From an uncultured virus (IMG/VR IMGVR_UViG_3300017963_004045) (lineage: Duplodnaviria > Heunggongvirae > Uroviricota > Caudoviricetes): a DNA stretch of 64,000 nucleotides. The DNA lies in the IMG/VR virus record IMGVR_UViG_3300017963_004045. One strand, given 5' to 3'. The notes beneath the pieces were generated by a model. The model saw only the letters and a list, made by a program, of their open reading frames with translations. It did no database searches and was not told the DNA's origin. Each line of letters begins with the position of its first letter. Positions within the stretch are counted from its first letter, which is position 1. Below are positions 50,591 to 59,147 of the stretch, one piece after another. A program made the translations under genes and the position numbers.

Positions 50591-51058
50591 TCAATCCCTC
50601 GCCAGTGCCATGTATAGGACTGAGAAGAGGAATCCAATCATCGTTGCGACAGTCCAACTGAAATCCCAACCGAACAATTGATTGCCGATGTAGAGAATTA
50701 TTCCCCCGAAGAAGATGAATATAGAGAACATGAACAGAAAAATGATAAGCATTGCAACAGCCAGACTGCCCACCAAAACGGAATCATTAGGCAAGAACTG
50801 AATAACAACCAATGTGAGGATTGAAAAGACTGCAAAGAGCATGAAAACAGACTCAAGCATAGGCTCTGCAACCGTCATCATTAAGAGCATATATATCAAG
50901 CCAGTGAAGAGCAACATTGCAGACACTCTGCTGTGATTCCTTGCAGTGTCTCTCAGGAAAGATGGTCTATCATAAGGCGATGCTCTGGCTCTTGATTGTC
51001 TCTGGATTTTCACTTGCCTTTCTGCTTGACTTCGGTGAACAATCTCGTAATCGTCCAT
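50591..51058 (-). CDS. Multi-TM membrane protein
   Basis: About 4 hydrophobic segments; start reassigned to the ATG after the GAGG RBS. Confidence 0.7.
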   Translation of the reverse strand: MDDYEIVHRSQAERQVKIQRQSRARASPYDRPSFLRDTARNHSRVSAMLLFTGLIYMLLMMTVAEPMLESVFMLFAVFSILTLVVIQFLPNDSVLVGSLAVAMLIIFLFMFSIFIFFGGIILYIGNQLFGWDFSWTVATMIGFLFSVLYMALARD

Positions 51059-51172
51059 TCTATTCCTCACTAAACGAAGTCTAAAATTCATAAGAAATAT
51101 AATAAGTTTCCGAGCAAAAAATTTATCAAACGAAATATTTTTAGGATTGAAGCCCATATTGGTATCGGTAAT

Positions 51173-51325
51173 ATGGCTGAAGAAAAGGGAGTCCCCAAGA
51201 GGGATGGTTCAGGCAGAGGTAGAAGGCTAAACAGAGGCAGAGGCGAATGCGACCCTCCCGAAGATAAAGGAATTGGTGCTGGACAACCAAGACCTCGTGG
51301 CAGGGGCAGGAACAGAAGATATTAA
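51173..51325 (+). CDS. Small Gly/Arg-rich protein (50 aa, GVPKRDGSGRGRRLNRGRG)
   Basis: Translated manually; divergent from 50591..51058 across an AT-rich promoter region. Confidence 0.65.
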   Translation: MAEEKGVPKRDGSGRGRRLNRGRGECDPPEDKGIGAGQPRPRGRGRNRRY

Positions 51326-51375
51326 TAGAATTCTCAATTGAAAAAACTATTAATACTCGTAAATCGATACCTATT

Positions 51376-51550
51376 AGAGACAGTAAGGCATAGAGAACTT
51401 GACTCTCATTGTCTCTGTCAGTTAAAATTGAAATAAAGCCAACGATGGAGTGGTTGGAGCGAGTCCGAAGTAACGGTGTGCAGGACTGAGAAACTGCCGT
51501 GAAGTAAAAGGAATTCCCAACTCACGATGAAGTCAGGGCACTTTACTTTG
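51376..51550 (+). ncRNA. Candidate structured ncRNA or 5' leader
   Basis: TATA (TATTAATA at 51348) about 25 nt upstream; stems AGAGACAGT/ATTGTCTCT, CCAAC/GTTGG, AGTCC/GGACT, AAGTAAA/TTTACTT. Confidence 0.45.
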
Positions 51551-51560
51551 AGGGACGAAG

Positions 51561-51887
51561 ATGAATCCGCAATTCTGGAAAAGGGCGATTCTTGGTTGGG
51601 TTGTAGTATTGGCAATCATTGTCGCATGGGGCTTTATCTCAACAGACCCGTCAAGTTATCAATTAATCATATCTCTTGTGGCACTCGTTATCTGGGTTCT
51701 GCTTATTCTTGTATGGTTCATTGCAGAGGATACACAATTTGATATTCCAGAACCAAAGGAAGAGCCAGAATGGAGTTATGTATACAAAGGAGACGACACT
51801 TCGGGTTCATCAGGGAAGGCAATAATGTGGCTATTATACTTGTTAGCCATGATATTAATCGGCTTAGCAATCTTATCCCAAATTTAA
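51561..51887 (+). CDS. Three-TM membrane protein
   Basis: Three hydrophobic segments. Confidence 0.7.
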   Translation: MNPQFWKRAILGWVVVLAIIVAWGFISTDPSSYQLIISLVALVIWVLLILVWFIAEDTQFDIPEPKEEPEWSYVYKGDDTSGSSGKAIMWLLYLLAMILIGLAILSQI

Positions 51888-52024
51888 ACATCAGGATTAC
51901 CTCCCCCCTTTTTTTTTATTTCCACCTTGTAATTAAAGGCAATCCTGTGGAGGACACCCGAAGGAAAGAAAATATAAATAAATTTCGATAGATAGACTTA
52001 TATTATTGTTTCACATTATCTCTC

Positions 52025-52169
52025 GTTGCTCAGAACATGTTTGAGGGTTTGGAGATTACACCCAGACCCTCAGCATCTCCAACCATCAAGATAAACTCTT
52101 CCCCACTTGGGCGAGGCTTATCTCTCTCCAACCTGTTGGTCTCCAGCCAACAAACGCTTCGCCCTTTTT
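52025..52169 (+). ncRNA. Candidate sRNA with repeated TCTCCA motifs
   Basis: TATA CTTATATT at 51997; stems GAGGGTTTGG/CCAGACCCTC, GGGCGAGG/CTTCGCCC, TGTTGG/CCAACA; ends in TTTTT. Confidence 0.55.
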
Positions 52170-52224
52170 ACTTAATTAGATTAATATTTTTTCAATGAAA
52201 AAATTATATACTTGTAATGCATAG

Positions 52225-52540
52225 GGGTTGGCAAGAAGCGGTGCTTGATGCTGTGAGGTTCTGGTTAGAGTGCATCCATCCCTCTATACTTTTAAACCTC
52301 TCTGGGGCAAGGCTTCGACAAGACCAACTCCGAAGGGGGTTTCGGAACACCTTCCTTTCCCCCTTCTTCAATACACTATATCGTGGAGAGTGTGTGGGTC
52401 TCCAAACTTGAATCTCTTCCGTTGGGGGTAATTCCAAGTTACCCACAGATTCAACCATTGCCTACAATCCCATCAGGGCAATGGGCGAAGGAGTTGTTAA
52501 CCTTCGCAAGTTTCATAGTTGCCCACACCTCTCCACTGGA
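52225..52540 (+). ncRNA. Candidate large multibranched ncRNA
   Basis: TATA TTATATA at 52204; long stem GTGGAGAGTGTGTGGG/CCCACACCTCTCCAC (52383..52536) encloses several hairpins. Confidence 0.55.
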
Positions 52541-52954
52541 CACACTCGCACAATTATGGCAGAAAGAAGAAGTAAGCCAAGAGACAGGAAAACTGTCGAT
52601 ACACACAGAAGGGGAGGAGTTACATGGAAAGGTAGTAGAGGAGAAGATATTCTGATGCTCTGCTTCATCACCTTTGTAATGTTATTCGGATACTATGGTT
52701 TTTACATATCAGGAATGAAGCACCCGATATGTGCTGTTCCCTTCATAATTCTAACAATACTATTTGCCTATATTATGATTAAAAGAATCCGAGCATATTG
52801 AAAAAATCTCGACAGGTCAAAATTATCAACGCTAATAGGCTTGTTTTAAGCCCTATGCTACGCAAAGGACTCGCAGGTGTAGAGAGTAGGGTAGAGGAGA
52901 AAGGCTCTTAAAACGGCTTAAAACGGCTTCTTTTGTAATCTAATCTAACACCCG

Positions 52955-53572
52955 TTAGTTTTCGACAAAGCACAGGTCGTCCCCGATACCGCACTTCCTA
53001 CGGGTGAGTAAACCGCCAAAGAACACGCCAACAAGCATGAATGCAAAGGGAACTCCGAAATCCCAAGCATAATAATTGGTCGTGAGAGTCAATATGCCTT
53101 CAAGGACGACATCTCCTATGAACGCAAGAACCCCTATGGATATGGGGATAGATGGTCTCTCGCTGATTGCAAGACCATAGAGGGCTAAGAAGGTCAGAGA
53201 TATTCCAAGAGGAAATGCGTGGAGAACACCGAATATGAGAGTAATCACGCCCAAGATTGGGAGAAGCCTGACCATGAATGTAAACCTCTGGCTTTCATCA
53301 TATTGCTTGAAAAGTGCAATGACCATCACTCCTGCGAGAAGCAGACCCGTCCCATAAGCCAATAGAATCTCAATTGGAATCTCAAGGACGAAGAACAAAT
53401 CTGTTTCATGATATTGCCAACGATGATTTGCTACACCCCAGTATTCAACTAAGAATCCAGCAATGATACCGATTATGAAGAGCATAGTGAGATTCTTGCT
53501 GTGCTCCCGATAAAAGTAATAAGAAATAGCCAGAGCCACCAAACAAAGTATGAATAGCCCTGCCAACATCAT
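52955..53572 (-). CDS. Multi-TM membrane protein (lycopene-cyclase/CruF-like E..G...W.Y...IPIE pattern)
   Basis: GFLVEYWGVANHRWQY...EIPIEILLAY; 6-7 TMs; stop overlaps the motif at 52947. Confidence 0.55.
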   Translation of the reverse strand: MMLAGLFILCLVALAISYYFYREHSKNLTMLFIIGIIAGFLVEYWGVANHRWQYHETDLFFVLEIPIEILLAYGTGLLLAGVMVIALFKQYDESQRFTFMVRLLPILGVITLIFGVLHAFPLGISLTFLALYGLAISERPSIPISIGVLAFIGDVVLEGILTLTTNYYAWDFGVPFAFMLVGVFFGGLLTRRKCGIGDDLCFVEN

Positions 53573-53573
53573 T

Positions 53574-54512
53574 TTATACCACGCTCACGAAAGAAAATTC
53601 CTCATCATTCTGTCTCGAAGTCACTTGCACCATCTCATAATCCTTACCTACAATGGTTGCCTTCTTCTTATACTTATCTGGAATGACGGTGCAAGTTGGA
53701 CAATCCTCATCATCTTTAGGTCTGGCTGTTCTCTTTTTCTTCGTTTTCTTCTTTTTCTCTGGCTTTAACTCAGGCTTGGGAGCAGGTTTGGGCTTAGGTT
53801 TAGGACTCGAAATACCCATGTTCTGATTTCCCTCTTCATCCTGTCTCGAAGTCTTAGGTAAATCACCCACCCATTTCTTCCGAGCCACTCTCCTTCTCTG
53901 GTCTCTCGACCATTCTCTCATATTTTCAGCCATCTTGTTCGAGACCTTTCCTTTACTGAAAGAATGAGCGAAGGAATCGGCATTGTCTCTCATGTTGGAC
54001 ATAAATGATTTTTCATCTGAACTCTCCGTGAAACCAATGCCCTCAGAAGCCAATCCAGAGAGTTTAGATAGGGAATCCTCAGTAAGAGATTCGCATCTTC
54101 CAGATTTACTCCGCATATTCTTAAGAACCTCTATATTCAGCGTAGCCCAATCGCTAAGTTCCACTGCCTCTTCATCAGTCAACTGCCCTTCATCCAGCCT
54201 CCTCTTGAACTGTAGTCCTTCTTTACGAAGTGCAGTATAATATTCTCTCTCAGTCGATAAGTCAGAAGTCTTTATACCTCGCTTCGCCAGTCCAATAATC
54301 GTTGGCATGTGTTTCTCTGGGTTGCATTTACACTCTTTCCAAGAGCCATCATGAAAGTGCAACTCAATAAGACCTAACTGGTCAATCAACTTGTCTGTCG
54401 TTGTTTTACATACCCTATAAGAACCATCTCTTAGGTCAAGTTCTATTAGATTCAGTTGCTCCACAATCGCTTCGTAAGTGTAATCTCTGTCGTTGGGAAA
54501 GACTTTCAACAT
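53574..54512 (-). CDS. Hypothetical protein with internal duplication and PK-rich linker
   Basis: EQLNLIELDLRDGSY / DQLGLIELHFHDGSW; KPKPKPAPKP. Confidence 0.7.
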   Translation of the reverse strand: MLKVFPNDRDYTYEAIVEQLNLIELDLRDGSYRVCKTTTDKLIDQLGLIELHFHDGSWKECKCNPEKHMPTIIGLAKRGIKTSDLSTEREYYTALRKEGLQFKRRLDEGQLTDEEAVELSDWATLNIEVLKNMRSKSGRCESLTEDSLSKLSGLASEGIGFTESSDEKSFMSNMRDNADSFAHSFSKGKVSNKMAENMREWSRDQRRRVARKKWVGDLPKTSRQDEEGNQNMGISSPKPKPKPAPKPELKPEKKKKTKKKRTARPKDDEDCPTCTVIPDKYKKKATIVGKDYEMVQVTSRQNDEEFSFVSVV

Positions 54513-54783
54513 TCTGCACCCGCATCCTGAACCTATATATTCAGGAGTTTATATTAAATTTTCGCAACCTATCTCTTTCGTTGATATTGATAATCTGAGG
54601 TATTCCTGAAGAAAATTAGGAATATAATTACGCCCAGAACAATCAATGCCAACAGATGAATCAAGATATAGGCTACCCCAACAATGATAGCAATGAGCAG
54701 TATCATGTAGAATACTTTCATATTATCGGATTCGGGAATAGGCATTTTATCGTCAAACTATATAGAGCAATTGTAATATTAAT

Positions 54784-55266
54784 CTATCTATCGCCCAACA
54801 AATGAGCATAGTAACCGATGGTCACATAGAAGAATATAACGACATTCAGACCGAAAATGTAAGAGAAAAACAGTCCAGCAATAATACCCATGCTCTTGTA
54901 ATACTTATGTGTAATTCCCCTGTGATTGAGGAACAAAATCAGAAATAAAAAAACCAATATGGCTATAGTCTCAAATTTTCTTGTCCCAGACACGATGAAA
55001 GCGATTGCCAATAGCAGAAGAAGAGCAGTCGTCCATTGGTATGCCTTTGAAGTCCCTATATCTATATCTGGCAATATTGAAGCATAGACCAATAGAACGA
55101 ATGCTATGATTATGATAGGGATATAGATTCCACCAATCTCGAATGTGCCAAATATGTCGAAGTGAATCATGGAGAAACCAGAAAATAACTGTATGAAGAT
55201 TAGAACGACTGTTAGAATTATACCAACAACAACTCCAATCTGCATATGCCCCTTCCAATCAGACAA
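54784..55266 (-). CDS. YdjM/DUF457-like membrane-bound metal-dependent hydrolase
   Basis: WKGH, SILPDID, HRGITH, GYYAHLLGD. Confidence 0.85.
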   Translation of the reverse strand: MSDWKGHMQIGVVVGIILTVVLIFIQLFSGFSMIHFDIFGTFEIGGIYIPIIIIAFVLLVYASILPDIDIGTSKAYQWTTALLLLLAIAFIVSGTRKFETIAILVFLFLILFLNHRGITHKYYKSMGIIAGLFFSYIFGLNVVIFFYVTIGYYAHLLGDR

Positions 55267-55683
55267 TCACTCACCTCCAGAATACATTCGTCTGCTCGGA
55301 TGGTCTGGCGGTATGATAGCAATCATGTGCTTAGGATAATCTCTGAAATTGAATTCTCTGATGCCCACACATTCTCCAGAAAAGTCTTTGTTACACTTCC
55401 CAATGTTGAAGTTCTGCAACGCAAATTGGACTATGGAAGCGTCTATTATTGCCCCATCCTTAAGTTCTACCCAACAATGTTCGCCCATATACTTACCATC
55501 AAGGTCATGCATCTCCCCAACGACCCTCTCACCTCCAGATTGGTCAGCAATGTCGCCTGATATAACACCGCAATTGCAAGTGCTCGGAGGCTCTTCATCA
55601 TATTCCACAATAAGTTCTTCGCACCTCTGGACTATTAAATCAAGTTCCTTTCTACCAATACTTTTAATAGTCCAGTCTACCAT
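55267..55683 (-). CDS. Putative transglutaminase/papain-fold protein
   Basis: NCGVIS ... EHCWVEL ... IIDASIVQF. Confidence 0.55.
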   Translation of the reverse strand: MVDWTIKSIGRKELDLIVQRCEELIVEYDEEPPSTCNCGVISGDIADQSGGERVVGEMHDLDGKYMGEHCWVELKDGAIIDASIVQFALQNFNIGKCNKDFSGECVGIREFNFRDYPKHMIAIIPPDHPSRRMYSGGE

Positions 55684-55686
55684 ATA

Positions 55687-56049
55687 TCATCCCCTCTTAG
55701 GCAAATCAAAAGACCTTCTGCAACGACCAGTTGCTGAGACCTTGAAATCACCCTCTTCAGTCATAGAGACACTGACCTTCCCAAAGTCGCACTCATAGGG
55801 ATTTCCATATCTTGTATATATGACCTTTTTCTTGTGCTCCAGTTGTTTCTTAGCCTTTCTCCTAAGAGAACTCTTGGTTGTTCCACGAGGCGTATCAACA
55901 ATAACACTCGTTGGATATTCGTATTCCCTATATTCCTCAAGGACAACATGTTTGACATCAGATTTCTTTACAATACCTCCAGCGACATCATCCCCAACAC
56001 GAATCTCAAAACCTTTTTTATATCTGGATGGCAAAGGCATAATAATCAC
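55687..56049 (-). CDS. Hypothetical basic protein
   Basis: Tiled ORF. Confidence 0.6.
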   Translation of the reverse strand: MIIMPLPSRYKKGFEIRVGDDVAGGIVKKSDVKHVVLEEYREYEYPTSVIVDTPRGTTKSSLRRKAKKQLEHKKKVIYTRYGNPYECDFGKVSVSMTEEGDFKVSATGRCRRSFDLPKRG

Positions 56050-56501
56050 ACCCTTGTTCTTTGGACTTCAGAAATGTCAATATCCATATCCTCAGCGATT
56101 CTCAGCATTCGTCTGAAACCTTCTTCACCAATATCGTTCTCTCTCGTTAAAATCCAAACGCTATCAAGACCACTTGTAACAATAGCCTTATCATAATTGC
56201 CATCTTCATCTTTTTCAAGGTATCTTATTTTATAATCAGACCTGAAGATAGGAAAGGATTTCGGGAAGAAACCAACTTTAAGCCTCATTGGTTCATCAGT
56301 TGCAAATGCTCGACCCTCCGCACTATCTAAACCATCTGGCTTAGTGCAAGTATTGATAACTCTCACAACCCCTTCTTTGACAATGCTATAATCAGCCATT
56401 GAATTTTTGCAATCCTTAGAGAACCAAAGTGGAGTAGAACCCTGTTCATGCCAAGTTCCGAGATATTTTTCTAATTCAAATTCCTCTGGCTTTACAGACA
56501 T
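56046..56501 (-). CDS. Lipocalin (Blc/TIL-like), no lipoprotein signal
   Basis: SCR1 EKYLGTWHEQ, VRVINTC, LKVGFF, YDKAIV, SCR3 WILTR; ATG follows the motif at 56506. Confidence 0.9.
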   Translation of the reverse strand: MSVKPEEFELEKYLGTWHEQGSTPLWFSKDCKNSMADYSIVKEGVVRVINTCTKPDGLDSAEGRAFATDEPMRLKVGFFPKSFPIFRSDYKIRYLEKDEDGNYDKAIVTSGLDSVWILTRENDIGEEGFRRMLRIAEDMDIDISEVQRTRV

Positions 56502-56513
56502 ATTCAACACCCG

Positions 56514-56906
56514 TTAATCTTCCTCCACGAGCATATAGTCCTCTTCATGGAATTCTTCCTGCTCGGTCTCAGGGCTTCCCGATACGGGTCTGAACTCTGG
56601 CATATTGGAATGGAAGCCTGTGCTCCTGTCGGTGCATAGAATAAGGAAAAGATACTCACCATACTGGTCTGAGCCTTCCTCAAAGGAGTTTTGCAGTTGT
56701 TCTCTCAATTGCTCAATCTTTTTATCAGATAATTTGAACTTCTCCTTGAGTTCACGAAGCGGTCTATCTGGGTCGAAGTAAACCCCCTCTTTCATCATAT
56801 TATTGAATAGTTCAATAGCCTCATCCCTGTTCATAGCACCATAGTAATTGAAGCATTCATCGGTGATGTCTATGCTCTCAGTGAATTTCTTCTTATCCTT
56901 TGCCAT
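56514..56906 (-). CDS. Hypothetical acidic protein
   Basis: Stop overlaps the motif at 56506. Confidence 0.65.
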   Translation of the reverse strand: MAKDKKKFTESIDITDECFNYYGAMNRDEAIELFNNMMKEGVYFDPDRPLRELKEKFKLSDKKIEQLREQLQNSFEEGSDQYGEYLFLILCTDRSTGFHSNMPEFRPVSGSPETEQEEFHEEDYMLVEED

Positions 56907-56915
56907 AGAATCTAC

Positions 56916-57275
56916 CTATCTAAATCGATTATGTTCTCCATATCTTTTGTTAACGATTAATGCTGTGACTATGAGTGCAATAACACCCACAACCATCAAC
57001 AAACCAGTCATTTGACCATCATTATATGCAACATACATCAAGAATAATATGACTAAGAATTGAACGATTGATATTATTAGCCTTGTCCCAGTCATACCCA
57101 ATTGTTTTGGAAAATGGTCAATTAGAATCAAAGAGAATAGAACAGTAAACAGAAGGTCATAGATTGTGAAACCATTGACATACAATATTAGGAAGAAGAT
57201 TAGGATAAACGCCAAGACAATCCAATACTCTCGGCTATTGATACAACCTTTCCTGATGTCGCACCAATCGTTCAT
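56916..57275 (-). CDS. Four-TM membrane protein
   Basis: Hydrophobic segments. Confidence 0.7.
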   Translation of the reverse strand: MNDWCDIRKGCINSREYWIVLAFILIFFLILYVNGFTIYDLLFTVLFSLILIDHFPKQLGMTGTRLIISIVQFLVILFLMYVAYNDGQMTGLLMVVGVIALIVTALIVNKRYGEHNRFR

Positions 57276-57547
57276 GCCAGACCCCCGAAAAAGATGAAAT
57301 GTATGAATATCCCAATCATACCGAATACAAAGTCGCTCAAAATATTTATACTTGTCTCATAGCGACCCGAAAGCCTCCAACGAAAGAACGCCTCTCCGAT
57401 GAATAGATATTCTGCAACCTCATATATTACTATGGCTATGAAAACCCAGAAATAAGAAATAAAGCAACAAAGAAGAAAAGCAACTAAGAAATGCAGAAGA
57501 GACCAAAAATCAACGGCTTCCCTGTCAACATATTTTCGCTCAGCCAT
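57272..57547 (-). CDS. Small membrane protein with DxWSxxH...E..E...E...N...D motif (DUF2585-like)
   Basis: DFWSLLHF, YEVAE, ETSINILSD. Confidence 0.6.
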   Translation of the reverse strand: MAERKYVDREAVDFWSLLHFLVAFLLCCFISYFWVFIAIVIYEVAEYLFIGEAFFRWRLSGRYETSINILSDFVFGMIGIFIHFIFFGGLA

Positions 57548-57965
57548 CAGAAACCCCCAGATGTTCCCTGATTATCTTCTCAAGGCGGTCAACCCGTTCT
57601 ACATCCCTGATACCAGAGAAATATATCTCGTCAGCATAACCACTTCCACACTCAATAGTTATAAATTCCTCATCTTCTGGGAACGCCTCATTGAAACCCC
57701 ACTGTCTGAGGTATTCCATGCCGTTTGGATGCTCTCCATTTGCATCTATGAACTTATCCCTAACCTTCAGAACACAATGGGCAGGGAGGCTCTCTCCAGC
57801 ATATCCTTCGTTTTCATAAGAGCAACAGATGTTCCCACCCAACACTCGTTGAAGTGCCTCTGCGAAATTACCACAATCTCCAGCGTGACCATAGAATCCA
57901 TGTGATTCCATATCTATACGAATATCGTTCATCTTCTGAATAACGGAATCTGGCTCAATCTTCAC
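57540..57965 (-). CDS. Putative papain/transglutaminase-fold protein
   Basis: GDCGNFAEAL ... AHCVL ... FIDANG; GTG start after GGAGGT. Confidence 0.55.
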   Translation of the reverse strand: MKIEPDSVIQKMNDIRIDMESHGFYGHAGDCGNFAEALQRVLGGNICCSYENEGYAGESLPAHCVLKVRDKFIDANGEHPNGMEYLRQWGFNEAFPEDEEFITIECGSGYADEIYFSGIRDVERVDRLEKIIREHLGVSDG

Positions 57966-58428
57966 GATATACCTCCACAATCGCTTCAGCAGGAATTCGT
58001 GCATTACCAATATCACAAACAATTGATTGAATGTTGGTTAATGCCCAGTCAATCGGTTCTTCGCCCCTTTCCTCCAGAACTTTCTCCCAATAATCTCTTG
58101 CATCTTCAGGAGCGAAACTCCAATATTCTTCAGGACAATCTCCGAATTCTTCTCTGTCATTCTCAGGGACTGGAACAACGAACCTCTCAAGCAATAGAAT
58201 ATCATCCATCTGGCAATTCTTCCTTATGTATTCGTCATCAACCTCAAGAATAAGGACAACAGGCTTGTCATCAGCAAACTTACCTCTAAGGTCAGAACCC
58301 ATCTCAACTGTCTTACGAGACCACATTACAGCATCATTAGGCTCATTTGTGAGGTAAGGCTTGTAGAGGTATCCATCCTTTTTTATTTCCTCAAGGTGCT
58401 TTTCGGATGTTCCGTGATAAAGCCTCAC
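57955..58428 (-). CDS. ADP-ribosyltransferase-fold protein
   Basis: LYHGTS...IKKDG...PYLT...A..WS...PVVLILEV...IPAEAI. Confidence 0.65.
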   Translation of the reverse strand: MRLYHGTSEKHLEEIKKDGYLYKPYLTNEPNDAVMWSRKTVEMGSDLRGKFADDKPVVLILEVDDEYIRKNCQMDDILLLERFVVPVPENDREEFGDCPEEYWSFAPEDARDYWEKVLEERGEEPIDWALTNIQSIVCDIGNARIPAEAIVEVYRED

Positions 58429-58860
58429 CTATTCCCCCTCCCAGTAATCAAGGAACGCATCTCCGACTTTGTATTTTTGCAAATCCCAGTAATAGTAATC
58501 AATAGCCTTAATGAACTCTGGCGAGATGTCCTCACCATCAGTCATATAGCCCCCGCAACCATCACTTAAAAGACGAATATTCTCAGGTAATTCAATCTCG
58601 ATAACACACATATTATCTCGATTGCCTTCCAACTTTCTCAGTAGGCTTGGATATGGTGCATCTTTGGATGCCTCATAAGAATAATGCCAAGCACTCTCCC
58701 AGTCATCAGTTAAAAAAACCCCTCTTTCAGCACCACGACTTGTAATATCACAAGCCTCTGGCTCAAGAGTTTCAGGATGGACTGGAGGCATAGTGTGAAG
58801 CAAACCCCTATTCCTTATGGAATCAACATTCTTGCAATGAGTTCCATGAAACCAAATCAT
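58429..58860 (-). CDS. ADP-ribosyltransferase-fold protein (Tpt1/KptA-like)
   Basis: WFHGT...SIRNRGL...GVFLT...AWHYS...VIEI...ISPEFI. Confidence 0.7.
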   Translation of the reverse strand: MIWFHGTHCKNVDSIRNRGLLHTMPPVHPETLEPEACDITSRGAERGVFLTDDWESAWHYSYEASKDAPYPSLLRKLEGNRDNMCVIEIELPENIRLLSDGCGGYMTDGEDISPEFIKAIDYYYWDLQKYKVGDAFLDYWEGE

Positions 58861-59147
58861 TTTTCACCTCTGAATATGAACTCGAACCCTGCGGTCTGTA
58901 TAAAGCAGACCTCCTCATTGCCTATCCTACTACTGTAGAAAGCATGGTCTGGGTCATCAGCGACAAAATCTTCCAATGTCTCATCATCTTCCAGCAACGA
59001 ACTGGTATCTGCACACATCTCGAATTCAACGAGTGTTATTCTCTCTTTGTTGTCCATCATCTCTTTCCAGAAATGCTCTCCTTCCTCGCCTTCTGACCTT
59101 AATCTAAAACAATCCTTGTAGAATCTTTTAGTTGGACAAGCCTTCAA
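58857..59147 (-). CDS. Hypothetical phage-type protein (C-terminal AGFEFIF)
   Basis: Tiled ORF. Confidence 0.6.
   Translation of the reverse strand: MKACPTKRFYKDCFRLRSEGEEGEHFWKEMMDNKERITLVEFEMCADTSSLLEDDETLEDFVADDPDHAFYSSRIGNEEVCFIQTAGFEFIFRGEK

Noticed and set aside
51892..51905. GGATTACCTCC resembling the 16S rRNA 3' end
   Set aside because: Only 11 nt with no other rRNA sequence; explained as one arm of the hairpin CAGGATTACC/GGCAATCCTG or as a minus-strand RBS
49834..52540. Hammerhead, twister, RNase P or SRP identity for the structured segments
   Set aside because: I could not find the required conserved cores in the right structural context
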